The notes below the pieces were generated by a model. That model worked only from the letters and a program-made list of their open reading frames with translations, was not told the DNA's origin and did not search any database. Positions 41,930-54,193 of a stretch of DNA of 64,000 bases are shown here, piece after piece (position 1 is the first letter of the stretch; each line of letters opens with the position of its first letter). Source of the DNA: Macrostomum lignano (lineage: Eukaryota); the NCBI GenBank assembly GCA_002269645.1, contig NIVC01001066.1, positions 1 to 64,000 of the forward strand, read 5' to 3'. Both the position numbers and the translations under genes were made by a program.

Positions 41930-42380
41930 AGAAAGCAAGCATCCCCCCAGATAGCAAGCATCCCCCAGATAGCAAGAACCCCCCCCCCCTTCCAAGAGTG
42001 AGCAACTGCAGATAGCAAGCATCCCCTGATAGCAAGAACCCCCCCCCCTTCCAAGAGTGAGCAACTGCAGATAGCAAGCATCCCCTAATAGCAAGCATCT
42101 ACCCAGATAGCAAGCATCTACCCAGATAGCAAGCATCCCCTGATAGCAAGCATCTACCCAGATAGCAAGCATCCTACAGATAGCAAGCATCTTCCTAAAT
42201 ACTAAGCATCCCTGAATAGAAAGAATCCTTTACCTATAGATGCACATAGCTAGTACCCCTCTCTCTCAAATAGCAAGTATGCCCCCCTCAAGAGCAAGCA
42301 TCCCCCAATAGTAAGCATACTCCCCCCCAAATACAATAGCAAGCATTTTCCAAATAGCAAGCATTCACCAGACAGCAAGT
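41930..42380. repeat. Degenerate GATAGCAAGCATCCCC repeats
   Basis: Direct reading. Confidence 0.8.
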
Positions 42381-42544
42381 AGCTAGTGCAAATATTTCCT
42401 CTACTAAATTCAATAATCACTTTCTCAGGTAGTGCAATAATCCATGTCTTAGCCAGCGCAATAATCCTCTTCTTATCTAGTGCAATAACCTTTACTCATC
42501 AAGTGCAAAAATCAATTTCTCAGTAAGTGCAATAGTCCTTTTGT

Positions 42545-42820
42545 AAGCTAGTGTGATAATCCTTGGCTTATCAAGTGCAATAATCCTTGGCTTATCAAGT
42601 ACAATAATCATTGGCTTATCAAATGCAATAATCCTTGGCTTATCAAGTGCAATAGTCCTTGGTTTTTTCAAGTACAATAGTCCTTTGCTTATCAAGTGCA
42701 ATAATCCTTGGCTTATCAAGTGCAATAATCCTTGATTTATCAAGTGCAGTAATCTTTGGCTTATCAAATGCAAAAATCCTTGGCTTATCAAGTACAGTAA
42801 TCCTTCGCTTATCAAGTGAT
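42545..42820. repeat. 24-bp minisatellite (TTATCAAGTGCAATAATCCTTGGC), essentially CpG-free
   Basis: Direct reading. Confidence 0.85.
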
Positions 42821-45800
42821 AAATAGTAACATATTATATGAAATAATAATAGATCTATTAAGATAATATATTATATTTTTAGATATAATAACTAAAAAAT
42901 TAAAGATTCAATAAAAAAGCCATAAAAATTGCAAGTAAAAAGTTATATCTATATTTTTGAGAAAGATAAAAACAAAATCAAATAAAACACTTCAAGTAGA
43001 AAATACTATATAAATTATAAAATAGAAAGCCTAGAAGATATAAACAGGTTTATTTAAGTATATCCTATTATGCCTCTAATACTTTGGCACTAGATATTGG
43101 CATTCTTTCATCTATAATACCTGCATTTTATGTCAAAAAATTTATGACACCTTATAAAAAATAGTAAGAAATGGAAGTCTGGCAAATAAAAACTAGAGGT
43201 TATATCATGGTAGTTAAGACAAAAGTTTGTAGAATAAGATCCTTATATTTACTTTTGTTTTATAATGCCTATAATTATAGATGATCATTTAGAGTATTAT
43301 AATTGTGATTATAAAAGTGAGGATAGAAATGTTAAGTCTAATAAGTTGAGCAAAACTCTTTAAGTTTCTTATTGGACACTGTCTCAATCAATGTCAAAAA
43401 GACAGTTATTGGAATGAACAAGCAAAGTTATTAGAAGGTACTATAGCTATAGTTTCTAAAAGAAAACAATAAAGACATTAGTGCAAAATTTAATAGTAAA
43501 TGAACTACACATTAGGCCTAGCATATGAAACCCTAAGTTGGCATTCCTCTCATTTTTATTTTATGATATATTACTAACAAACTATTTATTTAGATAATAC
43601 ATAATAAAAATGAATATAAAGATTAAAGACTATTCTAGTAAGCTATAGTTCTACAAATAGGAGTTTTGCAATTGGCTACATCTGTTTTATTTTCTTAATA
43701 TTTTCCATTAGGTATTATATAACAAAATTGATACAAGTAATCAATTGGACTATGGTAGATATTGTAAAACTAAAATAGTTGTAAAGAAAATTGTTTATTT
43801 TCTTTTCTTTTCTTTTTATACTTGTTAAATATATCTTTTTATTATAATATCATATATAATATGTTTATATCTAATTCTAGGGCTATGCCTATTAGTATTA
43901 TATCTAATATCTAAATATACTAAATCTCTAAGGTTTATTTGTTTGAATGAATGTCCATAATGCTCTAGAGATTGCAATTCTTGACCAATTTTAATTGCAT
44001 TTTCGCCAAAAGATGCAAAATTGTCTGGAATCATATACTATATTTAGCTTTTTCTCTTATTTATTGATGAAAAATGTCTAATAGGGCCTATAGACAAATA
44101 AGCGAATTTAACCCTTGCAACATACCTTAAATGTCTGCCCTAAGCTTAAACTACATGAAAGACAAGAGATTCAAACTTGTCATTTTTAGCAAATATAATC
44201 AGTGTCATTAATTTTCTTTCTCCTCGGCTCTAGTAGTAAACATATGATTTATCAAAATTTACTACTTTACATATAACATTAACATACATAGTATAGACTA
44301 GGCATAGCAATAAGCCAAATGAAAGTTACATTTTGATTTATCTTCTGATTTTTCGACTTGTCTTAAAAAAGACTTAAGACAACGAAAAAATCAGATTTAG
44401 GATTAAGCATATCTAACTCATATTCATGATTCAGAATCATAGCACTTGTACTTTAATTAGCTTTACTACTGTATTCAATATTTCTTAATAAAAATCCAGC
44501 TCGCATTATAAAAATACTTTTTTAATGTAATTACCTATAAAACGAATTTATTATATAATAGTATATAAATATAATATATAATATAATATTAATTATAATA
44601 GATTATAATATTAAATCATCCTCCCAATCCGACGTTATAGTAATTTGCCCAAAATTTTAAACTTTTTTCAAACACGACCTTTTGGGTAAAAGTAATACAA
44701 ACAGTGTAATACTGTTACTCATAGTAAAGGTTAAAAATTTTATATCCTAACATGTCTTCACGTAGTATTACTTAACTTAGGCCTAATTTAGGTTTTAAGC
44801 ATAATGTTTGTTTCAATGTGACAATTTATTTAAACGTAGAACTTTAGGTGATTTCGTCCGATCGAGCTAGGTGCCACATGCTCATCTGGTATTGATTGAC
44901 TGGTTAATCAGAAACCTACTGTACTGACTGACGAGATAGTATTAATGAATAAAAAGGAAAAGGCTTTTCAAATAAGTCTAGGCAATCTGCTAGTCCTAGT
45001 TTACTGCATTAAATTATTAAGGTCATTATAAAGTGGTATTCTTTCGGAGGACGTCATTACTTAGGCCCCTAACTTACCATTTTCAATAGACGATCACAAT
45101 TGAAATTTGTCCCTGTTCTCTGTTTTTACTGTGTGGTGCACTGTACTAGATTCTTTTGTGCGCAGAGTGTGCGCATGCACCCTAAAATTTGAAATCGCAC
45201 CCTGAAATTGAAAAAGTTGGTGCAGTTTAGGTGCAGTCTCATGTCATAACCTATTTTCTTTTTAAGCCTTAGGGCCTTTTTGCACTGCCTTGAAATAAGA
45301 AAAAAGAGGAATTGGGCATAGATTGCGATTTTGCGCCTTGTTTTAGTCAAAAAATATAACCCAGATGCACATGAGAAGAAAATTTCAATTCAAAAAGGAA
45401 TATTTATCCTTTTTATATCAAGGATATCATCTGGATATTTATCCTATACAGGAATTTCTGGCTGTATAGGAATGATCATTATGCATATAGGGCCTAACCC
45501 ATATACATTGAAAATGGTTGTCTAACTAACTTGTCTTCCAAAATTGAGAGAGAGAGAGGGTAGGCCTATACACTGTGTTCCACTTTGTAAGGCATAGATA
45601 GTTCTCACTTCTTTATGCTATATAGTAATAGAATTGGTACTGAGGCCTCCATGCAATGGGGCTATTTTATTCAAGATATCATGTGTGACATGCAAGTAGT
45701 TTAAGGCTTCGAAAAGAAAGACAAGAGGTATACTTTTCAAACTTAATCATTTTAAAGAAAATTTCATATTAATATATAATATATAATATTATATATTATA

Positions 45801-46112
45801 TATATAATAATATATAAATAATAATATATAATATATAATAATAAATAATATATAATATATAATATATAATATATAAATGATTGTCATAAAAACTAATAGG
45901 GGCCTACAGTGATATAATAGGGCCTATTTTACTATTTAAAGTCGTAATTTATAAATTACTAGAATCATTCTTTCTATAAATGCTTAAAAAATAGTTAATC
46001 TCTAAATTTTTTTAAAATTTTAAATGATTTGATTATGAAGTTTTATGAGCATACATCTGAGGTGGGGGTGGAAAAGAATTTTTTTGGTTGGCTCTCGGTT
46101 TTGAATAATTTG

Positions 46113-46653
46113 CTGACACCAGTGAGGTGGGCGGATTCCTTGTTTGAATTGCCGCCGGCATTGTTAAAGCACAAATAAAGCCGGAACACTAGCACAGATA
46201 AATCTCAATGAATTTCTTCTCTTTTACTCCGACTGCTGGGTTCTCAAGTCCAGGGGGAGGGTAGTTGTAATCGTAGCAGAGCGGTCATAGAGTGGCACAG
46301 TCGTTCAGTTGTAGGAACTCCGGAGATTCTGTCTCCGTAAATTGATGCGTCGATGTGTTGAACTCATTTCTGTCAGTAGGGTAGTTGCTGCTATCACTGT
46401 AATTTATATATTACGGAATGAATAGAGTCTCAGAGCTTTCTTTGAGTTGAGATTGATTGGTTATTTTACGCCCCACGGGCAAATGACTCAAGATAAGCTA
46501 TGGCAATGTCAACTGACAAATAGTAGTTATTGATTAACTTGTCGACGTTATTTATTGGTTATATTATAGGTGTTGTTAGATTATTTATATTATCAGCAGG
46601 CGTTGAGTTATTACTTGCGCACAAGGATTCTTTCAGGTGGCGCCGTATAGACA
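46113..46653 (-). mobile_element. Possible Gypsy-type LTR plus PBS (truncated)
   Basis: TGT...CA (46653-46123), one spacer base, then TGGTGTCAG (Gypsy-like PBS). Contains an AATAAA and retains CpGs. No second LTR was seen. Confidence 0.3.
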
Positions 46654-47695
46654 ATTGACCAAGCAACAAGACAAAACAAACAGCAAGTTATGGAAGGCAA
46701 GACAAGATTAACACCAAATAAACAACTTAAACAGGAAGGGTAAAACAAAAGAGAGAGTGTGAGAGAGGGAGGTTTTTTTAAAGTCATCGCGGCAGAACTG
46801 CAGTTTATATAAGAAAAAATATTAAACTCAATTCAGGGACGGGGGTTAGGACAGATAGCTGGGCTACAGGGTGGGCAAACATGTGGGCAGCCAGATGGAC
46901 AAATTAAACACAGCATTGGATAGCAAAATGGCATAGATCAACAAAAGGAAAAATCGCTTCAATGGCAAGGCAACCCAAAAGGACAACAATGGGAAAGTAT
47001 AATGCGGCACAACCATTGAAAAATTAAATAAAAAATTCCGGGAATTGGGCATCAATTTAAATAGAAAATTATTATTATTAACGTTTAAAGTATTAAAGTT
47101 TTGTGGCAACCCGCCTGCCACACATCCATAAAATTTATTTTTTTATTTTTATACAAAATGCAAATTATTTGTTTTGAGATGCAATCTACCTTGGCCATAA
47201 ATAGTGTTTTGCAAAATGCTTTTGTGGCACCTAATGTATATTAGCTTGATTGCTTCTTTTCTTTTCTTTTTTCTCTTTTCTTTTCTGTCCTCTCTTCTTT
47301 CTTTTTCTCTTTTTCTTTTCTTTTTCTGTTCTTTTTCTTTTTTCTTTTTCTTTTTCTCCTTTTCTCTTCCCTTACTCCTAAAATATCTCCTCTTATAATA
47401 TTTAAGTAGGCCCTAAGCCTAACTAAAGCAACAAAATCTTCAATTCTTACTAAAAACTTCTGTGACTTTAGTGGTCTACTTATCAAATGGTTTCTAAAAA
47501 GCCTTATTTGTAATGCCTTTTTTGATAATAGCAAATGCTAGATAGCTTCTTTATTGGCTTTATATCTTAATTTAAGCCTTTTTCATCCCAATTAAAACGT
47601 GTATGTCATATCAAAAAATGTTTGTATCTTTGACCCCAAAGACTTAAGAGCTCCTTTTGTATTGAAAGGGGATTTATTGTATCTATTATAACTTT

Positions 47696-48480
47696 GGCTC
47701 ATTCCATATAAGATGGACATATTTGGAAAATAGAAAAAAGTCAATATTTTTGCTTGCCATTGCCTTATTAGTCTATTTTTTTACCAAATGTTTGTATGTG
47801 CAATATATACAATCTAAGAATAAAGGAATGGTAAAATGTTGGATTAGTATGTTATCAATTGGCAAAAAGTCATTTTTATAAAAATTTGGACATTTTTTGA
47901 AGCAAAAGACATCATTAAGATTTTGTACCTTTTAAAAACAAATAGAAAGCTTTTGAAGGTTGAAACAAACTATAGATAAAAGTATAGTACTTGCATCATC
48001 AGATAAAAGCATTGGTGACCAAATAATCTATTATATTTTTAATGTATTAGTACCTCAAAGTTACTGAATTGACAGAAAAAAATATGTTATGACCATAATG
48101 TTACGACCATAAGGCTGCCTTTTCTTTTGTATCTTTGTTGCCTTTTGAGTTTATATATTCTAATAAAAGAGTATGATTTCTAAAGATGTTCTTAGTCAAA
48201 TTTTAAAAATGTATTGCAAAATATCAAAAATGAAAAATGTTATAAGACTTTTACCTTTTAGTTTCTATATGTCAAAAATCCTGTTGTTACGACCATAAGT
48301 GTCATTTAAGGTTTAATAGCATCTATACTAATGATGATATCTATATGAAACTCTATAAATATATTCTAGACAAAATAATCTTTCATTTAAAATATTGGTT
48401 TAGTATATTCTATTATTAGATTTCATTTTATAAGTAAAAATAGCCTGTCATGTTACGACCGTGCTTATATGGAATGAGCC
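47696..48480. mobile_element. Non-autonomous DNA transposon with 17-bp TIR (PIF/Harbinger-like?)
   Basis: GGCTCATTCCATATAAG at 47696-47712 and its reverse complement at 48464-48480, with repeated internal GTTACGACC. TSD unclear (ttt/ctt). Confidence 0.6.
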
Positions 48481-49442
48481 CTTTAACTTTCTCTCTTGAT
48501 TCTACCCCAATTGGCAATATACATATAGATAATTAGATAAATAGCATCAAACATTTTTCTTTGTTGCTTAAGTCTCCAATTCTAGAGACTTCAAAGCTTC
48601 CTTTATATTGAAAATGAAAATTTTAAATTTAGCCCTACCATCTTAACCACAATATGCATATGGCAACAAAATTCTGTTGTTCAAATCTGACCCCATGGAC
48701 TTAAAGCTCCCTCTGCATTGAAAATAAAATATTCTTTTTTATATTAGCCCTTACCACCTAACCACAATGTACATGTGGCTTATATTAAAACTCTTGCTTT
48801 TGTCTCCAGATCCATATAAGTCCTTAATAGTTCTCCTTTGAAAGTAGAAACATTTATCTTAACTTTAGCCCTTTCTATCCAATAACAATAAGACATAGCA
48901 TTGATAATCACTATTACTGATGTCCTAAATTCTAAGGACTTAAGAGTTCTTCTCACTTTAAAACTGGCAACAGTTGTTCATCCCTACCCTTATCAAATCA
49001 ATAGCTCCAATGGTCTTTAAGTCTTTTTTGAGTGGTATTACTAGGTAAAGGAACTAGATATAAGAAATATGTTCTTATAACCATATTTGTATCCATATGC
49101 CTTGTCTAAAAACCTGCTATATCTGTAAATACCTATAGCCATGTCTATAGCTATAACAAAACTCAAATTTATAATGTGTAAAAAATATAAAAAGATTGCA
49201 AATCTCTAAAATTTTAGGCTTCATTACTTAAGGGAACTCTTTGCTTGAAACCACAATGGTTATCACCAAAAAGTTTTTTCTTATTACTATAATGAATTGC
49301 TTATTACCAAAATCACTAAAATATCTTGTGATTGTCATTTAACCAATTACAGTCTATATATAACATAGTAGATAATATGTAAATATGCAAAGCAAAGCAT
49401 AATACCTAAGAGTTGATTGAATTATATATAGTCATATGTATA

Positions 49443-49739
49443 CATACATGCGCAACAGTCGGCCGAGTCGGCCGATCCGGCCGACCGATTTGGCGGCCAA
49501 CCAAGGAAGTCGCAAAAATGCCTACCCGAAAAAATAACAAAGTAGTAGTACTAAGTAGCTGACGAGGCATTTTGGCGTTATAAGACAGTCATAGTTACTC
49601 CTGCCGTTTACCCAAAGTTGCGTTAATTTTGTTTTAGGTTTTTTTGCATGTAAGTCGCATTTTTGGCCAAAAACTATGTCGCATTTTTGTTAAAACTAAG
49701 TCGCATGGCCGACCGAATTTCGGAGGTTGCGCATGTATG
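49443..49739 (-). mobile_element. Same 28S-carrying MITE, copy 2 (inverted)
   Basis: Same TIRs. TSD TATGTATA at 49435-49442 and 49740-49747. Near-identical reverse complement of copy 1; 28S-like segment at 49550-49613. Confidence 0.92.
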
Positions 49740-50833
49740 TATGTATATAAAGTTGTATATACTTTATTATATGCACTTTATAGTAGAATATCTAAAAATA
49801 AGTAAACATGTTAGCAAGGCTCTCACTAGCAAGACTAGAAACTCTATTTAGAGGTAAAATAGGGTCTATTACAACTTAAACCATATCTTTTTAGTTATAA
49901 AAATTTTCGTGATGGATAAAATAACCAAATTGGCAGACAAAATGACTATGAAAATAAGTAAACAAAAAAGTTAGCAAATAAAATGGCCACATACCTACTG
50001 TATCAACTTATTTTGGCTTTTTGAATCCTGCTGTCTTTCTAAGCTAAAGGCCATTTAATTAAAGTTTTTTATTTTTAAACTCAATACATTAAGGTGTCTA
50101 TATATAAATATAACATGTACTATTAAGCATATATAGATGCCTAGGCTAGCCTAGGACTTAAGTATAAGGATAAGAAGCTACATTTCTATTCAAGAGGCAA
50201 GTTTACCAAAAATAAAATATAAGAAATAGAAATAGAAGCTATGAGAAATAGATTTTGATAGGAGTCAGAGATAGACCTAATATTTTTCTTTTGATATTAT
50301 TTGCCTTTCTTATATAGCTCTATTGATATAGAGCTTATGTATAAACTTATAGTCTACTTAATAATGAGCCTTCATTAAAGTAGAATAAAATACTTTTATT
50401 ATAGTTGAATATATAGATTATATTTATGGGAAAAGCCTAGCCTAGTCAATATTGTCTCATTTTTATAAATGCTTAGATTATTGTAGAATTATTGCTTTAA
50501 AACTAAGTAGTATTGAAAATAGGAGCATCAAAAACATGCAGTATTTTTTCTTTATATTTCTTTTTCAAATTTGTTTGCCTGTGTTTCATTCTAAGCTAAC
50601 ATATTCAGGGCAATTACTATTGGTTCATATTAGGGTTGCAGATATTTATTGCTCAATAGTGTTCAAAAAAGAATTATAGATATTGTGCTGAAGGTTTGAA
50701 CAAAATCAAAGACAGTTTTAATGCAAATTGTATGTAGTCCATGTACAAGTCAAGTCAGTTTAGCCAGTGTAGAAAAGCAAGTATACCATCAGAGCACTTT
50801 GAGCTTATGCTCTACACCCTTACTCATCAGCTG

Positions 50834-51202
50834 CAGTAGCGAGGTTAGTATATAGGAACTGTATCCATGCTGCAGGCGCAGTCATCAGACTCTGCTTAAT
50901 GAGATTTAAGATGGCATTATTCTATGGCCTGTACTGTCAGTAGCGAGGTTAGTATATAGGAACTGTATCCATGCTGCAGGCGCAGTCATCAGACTCTGCT
51001 TAATGAGATTTAAGATGGCATTATTCTATGGCCTGTACTGTCAGTAGCGAGGTTAGTATATAGGAACTGTATCCATGCTGCAGGCGCAGTCATCAGACTC
51101 TGCTTAATGAGATTTAAGATGGCATTATTCTATGGCCTGTACTGTCAGTAGCGAGGTTAGTATATAGGAACTGTATCCATGCTGCAGGCGCAGTCATCAG
51201 AC
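50834..51202 (+). repeat. 104-bp tandem repeat, about 3.5 copies, running into the ARMT1 5' end
   Basis: Units start at 50834, 50938, 51042 and 51146. Confidence 0.95.
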
Positions 51203-51223
51203 GCCGCTACTCAAGTAGACAAC

Positions 51224-51913
51224 ATGCCCGAGCCTCTATCGGCCAGATTTGTCGATTCATTCGCTTATAAAACTGTGCGCGACCGGCTGCCAGTGATCCT
51301 AGCCAAGGTGGCCGACTCAGTGTGTCGCAGAAAGTCGGAGTTTAATTCCACCGACATGGACCGAGTCAAATCCGTCATCATTGGCGGCGTCTCCCGGTTG
51401 CGCAACGAACTGCAGACAGACAAGCCGCTGCTGCCGCTGTCCGACTCCGCCTCGGACACGACCGCTTGGAATGACTACCTGGCCGAGCTGACTGAAACGC
51501 TTGGCCGAGCGCCGAGTTGGTTTAAAGAGCCCTGGCTGTATGTTGAATGCTACATGTATAGGCGGCTGCTGGAGCTGGTCAATCTAGCCGATCTGACGGT
51601 CGGCATTGATCTGTTCGCGCCCGAGAAACGGCAAAGTTTGCTTGGCTCCGCCGCGCTGGCTGCCGCTGCCGCCGAAGCCGCTCTGGCAGCCGAGGCCGAA
51701 GCAGAGGCTGCCAACGGCGCGCCTCAGCTGCGCCGGCTGCTCCGGCTCTGCCTGTCAGCCAATCTGGCCGACCTGTCGCTGTCAGCTTTGGCCGAGGCGC
51801 ACCAGCTGGCCGCGGATGACGCCAACTCCTCCGGATTGATCATCCTGCTGGACCACACCGATCAGTTTGTCGACTGTTTGCGCCAGCGCGGTCCTGCTGT
51901 CGCTGTTGTGCAT
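51224..51913 (+). CDS. ARMT1: ARMT1 / DUF89 damage-control phosphatase, exon 1 (joined to 52251..52844 gives 427 aa)
   Basis: SFAYKTVRDRLPVIL, SRLRNELQTDKPL and PWLYVECYMYRR match remembered human ARMT1 motifs. The exon ends CAT|gtgagc (donor at 51914, phase 0). An in-frame upstream ATG at 51179 lies in the last unit of a tandem repeat. Confidence 0.93.
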
Positions 51914-52011
51914 GTGAGCTCCGACTGGAAATACTCTGCACACATGGAGTGGAATTTGTCACTAATATATTTACACGGAATTCAAATAGGCATAGCATTC
52001 TGACTCACGCC

Positions 52012-52125
52012 ATCAACCCCTGTGTGAGCGTGTATGAGTGCGTGCCTGTGTACAGTATTGGCGCCCTTGTGTGTAATGTGTTCAGGAGTCAGCGCCGATA
52101 ACTATATCGGCATGTATTACTTCAC
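52012..52125 (+). mobile_element. SINE family A 3' fragment in the ARMT1 intron
   Basis: GTGCCTGTGTACAGTATTGG is shared with about 53966. Confidence 0.5.
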
Positions 52126-52250
52126 TGTCTGTGTTATTATTATGCTCCAGAGTCCCCTCCCCCCAAAATTCCAGGTGTGCGCATTGACGACATTTCTCGT
52201 TCTCTGAGTACGTGTTTGAGCAAGACTGAATGTACAATCATGTCCCGCAG

Positions 52251-52844
52251 ATCGTGCTGGACAACGTCGGCCCGGAGCTGGTGTCGGACCTCTGCCTAGC
52301 CGAATGCCTTCTACGCGGCGGTCACGCTGCAAAAGTCCGGCTGCACACCAAAGCGGCGCCCTGGTTTGTGTCCGACGCTACTGAACTGGACTTGGCTGCC
52401 ACGCTTGACTGGCTAACCTCCGGCTCGGCCGGCCAATCATCCGTCCAGCTGGCCGAGTCGCTCCGGTCTCGCCTGTCTACCGGACAGCTATCGTCCGGTA
52501 GCGACCCGTTTTGGACAACTTGGCTAGCATTTGCCGACATGGAAACTTCGCCGCTGGGCGCTAAGCTTTATAAAAAGCTGAGCCAGGCTGACTGCGTTGT
52601 GCTCAAAGGCGATCTCAACTATCGCAAGGCCGTCAGTGATTTGGCCTGGCCGCCAACCGCACCATTGGCCAAAGCCGTCGGCCGCTTCCGTCCGGCGCCT
52701 CTGCTGTTAGTTCGCACTCTCAAATCGAACGTGGTGGCCGGTTTAGCGCCCGGACAAGCCGAGGCGGCCGCCGCTCAGCATTCCGACTGGATGGTGGCCG
52801 GTAAATGCGGTGTTCTGCAGTTCCTGCCTGCGGAGAATGCTTGA
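52251..52844 (+). CDS. ARMT1: ARMT1 / DUF89, exon 2
   Basis: Acceptor cccgcag| is followed by IVLDNVG, giving VVH|IVLDN like human RVYIVLDN. WFVSD, KGDLNYRK and RTLK motifs are intact. Stop TGA at 52844; AATAAA near 52966. Confidence 0.93.
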   Translation: MVLDNVGPELVSDLCLAECLLRGGHAAKVRLHTKAAPWFVSDATELDLAATLDWLTSGSAGQSSVQLAESLRSRLSTGQLSSGSDPFWTTWLAFADMETSPLGAKLYKKLSQADCVVLKGDLNYRKAVSDLAWPPTAPLAKAVGRFRPAPLLLVRTLKSNVVAGLAPGQAEAAAAQHSDWMVAGKCGVLQFLPAENA

Positions 52845-53004
52845 CTTTTCCCTGGCTGACTGACTGACTGACTGACTGCTTAGTCCAGGCAAACAGATTC
52901 TAAAATGATGTACGGTAGTAGAAGAGATTTAAAAATACACATTGGCGCAGAACTCTACAAGTATAATAAAAATAATAATATTTGATTGCACCTGCCCCAA
53001 TTTG

Positions 53005-53220
53005 GCCAGATGTGCAACCGACGCATCTGAAGGCTGCGTACGGCTGTTCAGTCCAAGGACTGGGGGTCGAAACACACCCTCAATTACCCCAGCTAATGCT
53101 GGCACCCATGCAGAGTTAAGTGTTTTGCTCAATGTCTGACACAAATTGTTCAAGTGGAATCGGGAATCGAACCCCCGACCTTCAAGTCGTGAGTCTAACT
53201 CTAGCCACTAGGCTACACAG
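53005..53220 (-). mobile_element. tRNA-derived SINE, family B
   Basis: A-box TAGCCTAGTGG (53215-53205) and B-box GGTTCGATTCCC (53173-53162). The anticodon and acceptor stems do not pair. Followed by TTGAGCAAAACACTTAAC, a common SINE body motif. Confidence 0.65.
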
Positions 53221-53879
53221 TTAATGAGAAATTAGTCAGTATAAATATTTTTCGTGATTTCTCATTACCAGTAACTGGTTGAATTTTGTAGTTTGAAGAC
53301 AGTTCCTGTATTGGTTCAAAAGTTATAACATCCATCCTTCTAGCTATCTTTACTACTCATGAAAGTAGACGAACGAATTTTTTGCAAGTGATGTAGTAAG
53401 CTATTTTAGAGGAATATGAAGTGTCTGTTTGTAATTGCACAGAATATTTCAAACGGCAGATTTCATGTCAGCGCAAAATGTCAAGTACAGTTAGCAATGT
53501 TACAGGCGTTTGAATCTATGGCGGAAAAATAGTGGCTTTGCTAGTACCATATCTGATGGCATCCTGCGGGATAATTATTGGCATTGCTAATCAGGAAAGT
53601 TATCAGTCTTTTTTAACACTATTTTGTCATTTTCTCTCGTTCATGTTGATGTGTTATTAGTCTTGCTTACAAACTGTTTTGAGCTTCCTATCTGCCTGTA
53701 CTAGTGAATTGCGGCCATTCAGTCAATGCTAAAATGTGATTTAACTGATTTCGTGTTTTTTGCACACTGAAAAAGTAAATGATACTAATACAATGTACGT
53801 CTAGTGTTTCTATTTACTATCACTTTAATTATTTAATTCGTGATTACAACTAAGTGAATTCAGGGTTATTGTGCGATTC

Positions 53880-54095
53880 TCGCCCATGAGGGCCAGCCCC
53901 CGAGGCACAAAGAGTGTACATGCCTGACGATTAGACAGTCAGTCAGTGCCGCTGTACACCCTGTGTGTGCCTGTGTACAGTATTGGGGCACTTGTATGTG
54001 CTCAGGATTCAGCGGAATGTGCGGATTTGCCTCAGTGCTGCTTTATGGCGAGTTGATGTCGCTATTATTATTATTATTATTATCATTATTATCAA
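53880..54095 (+). mobile_element. SINE family A 3' part with (ATT)n tail
   Basis: Body match, with a TATTATTATT tail at about 54063-54090. Confidence 0.6.
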
Positions 54096-54193
54096 ATCTA
54101 TGTCTAACGATTTCTGCCAAACAAAGACTCTAAAAGAACCAAGAGCCGTCTATTAGATTAAATAAAACTCGATAATAAAATAAATTATTAGCG

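Noticed and set aside
45076-45518. MITE defined by a 12-bp inverted pair (ACCATTTTCAAT)
   Set aside because: Short AT-rich TIR, no TSD and no second copy.
38620-50830. Contaminant (for example fungal) origin of the AT-rich island
   Set aside because: The same TSD-flanked MITE occurs both inside (49443) and outside (9529) the island. Not fully excluded without long reads.
50834-51202. Tandem spliced-leader RNA or snRNA genes
   Set aside because: No recognisable flatworm SL exon ending ATG|GT and no Sm-binding site in the unit.
53160-53220. Intact tRNA gene (also 61917-61985)
   Set aside because: A and B boxes are present but the cloverleaf stems do not pair, and each is followed by a SINE body.
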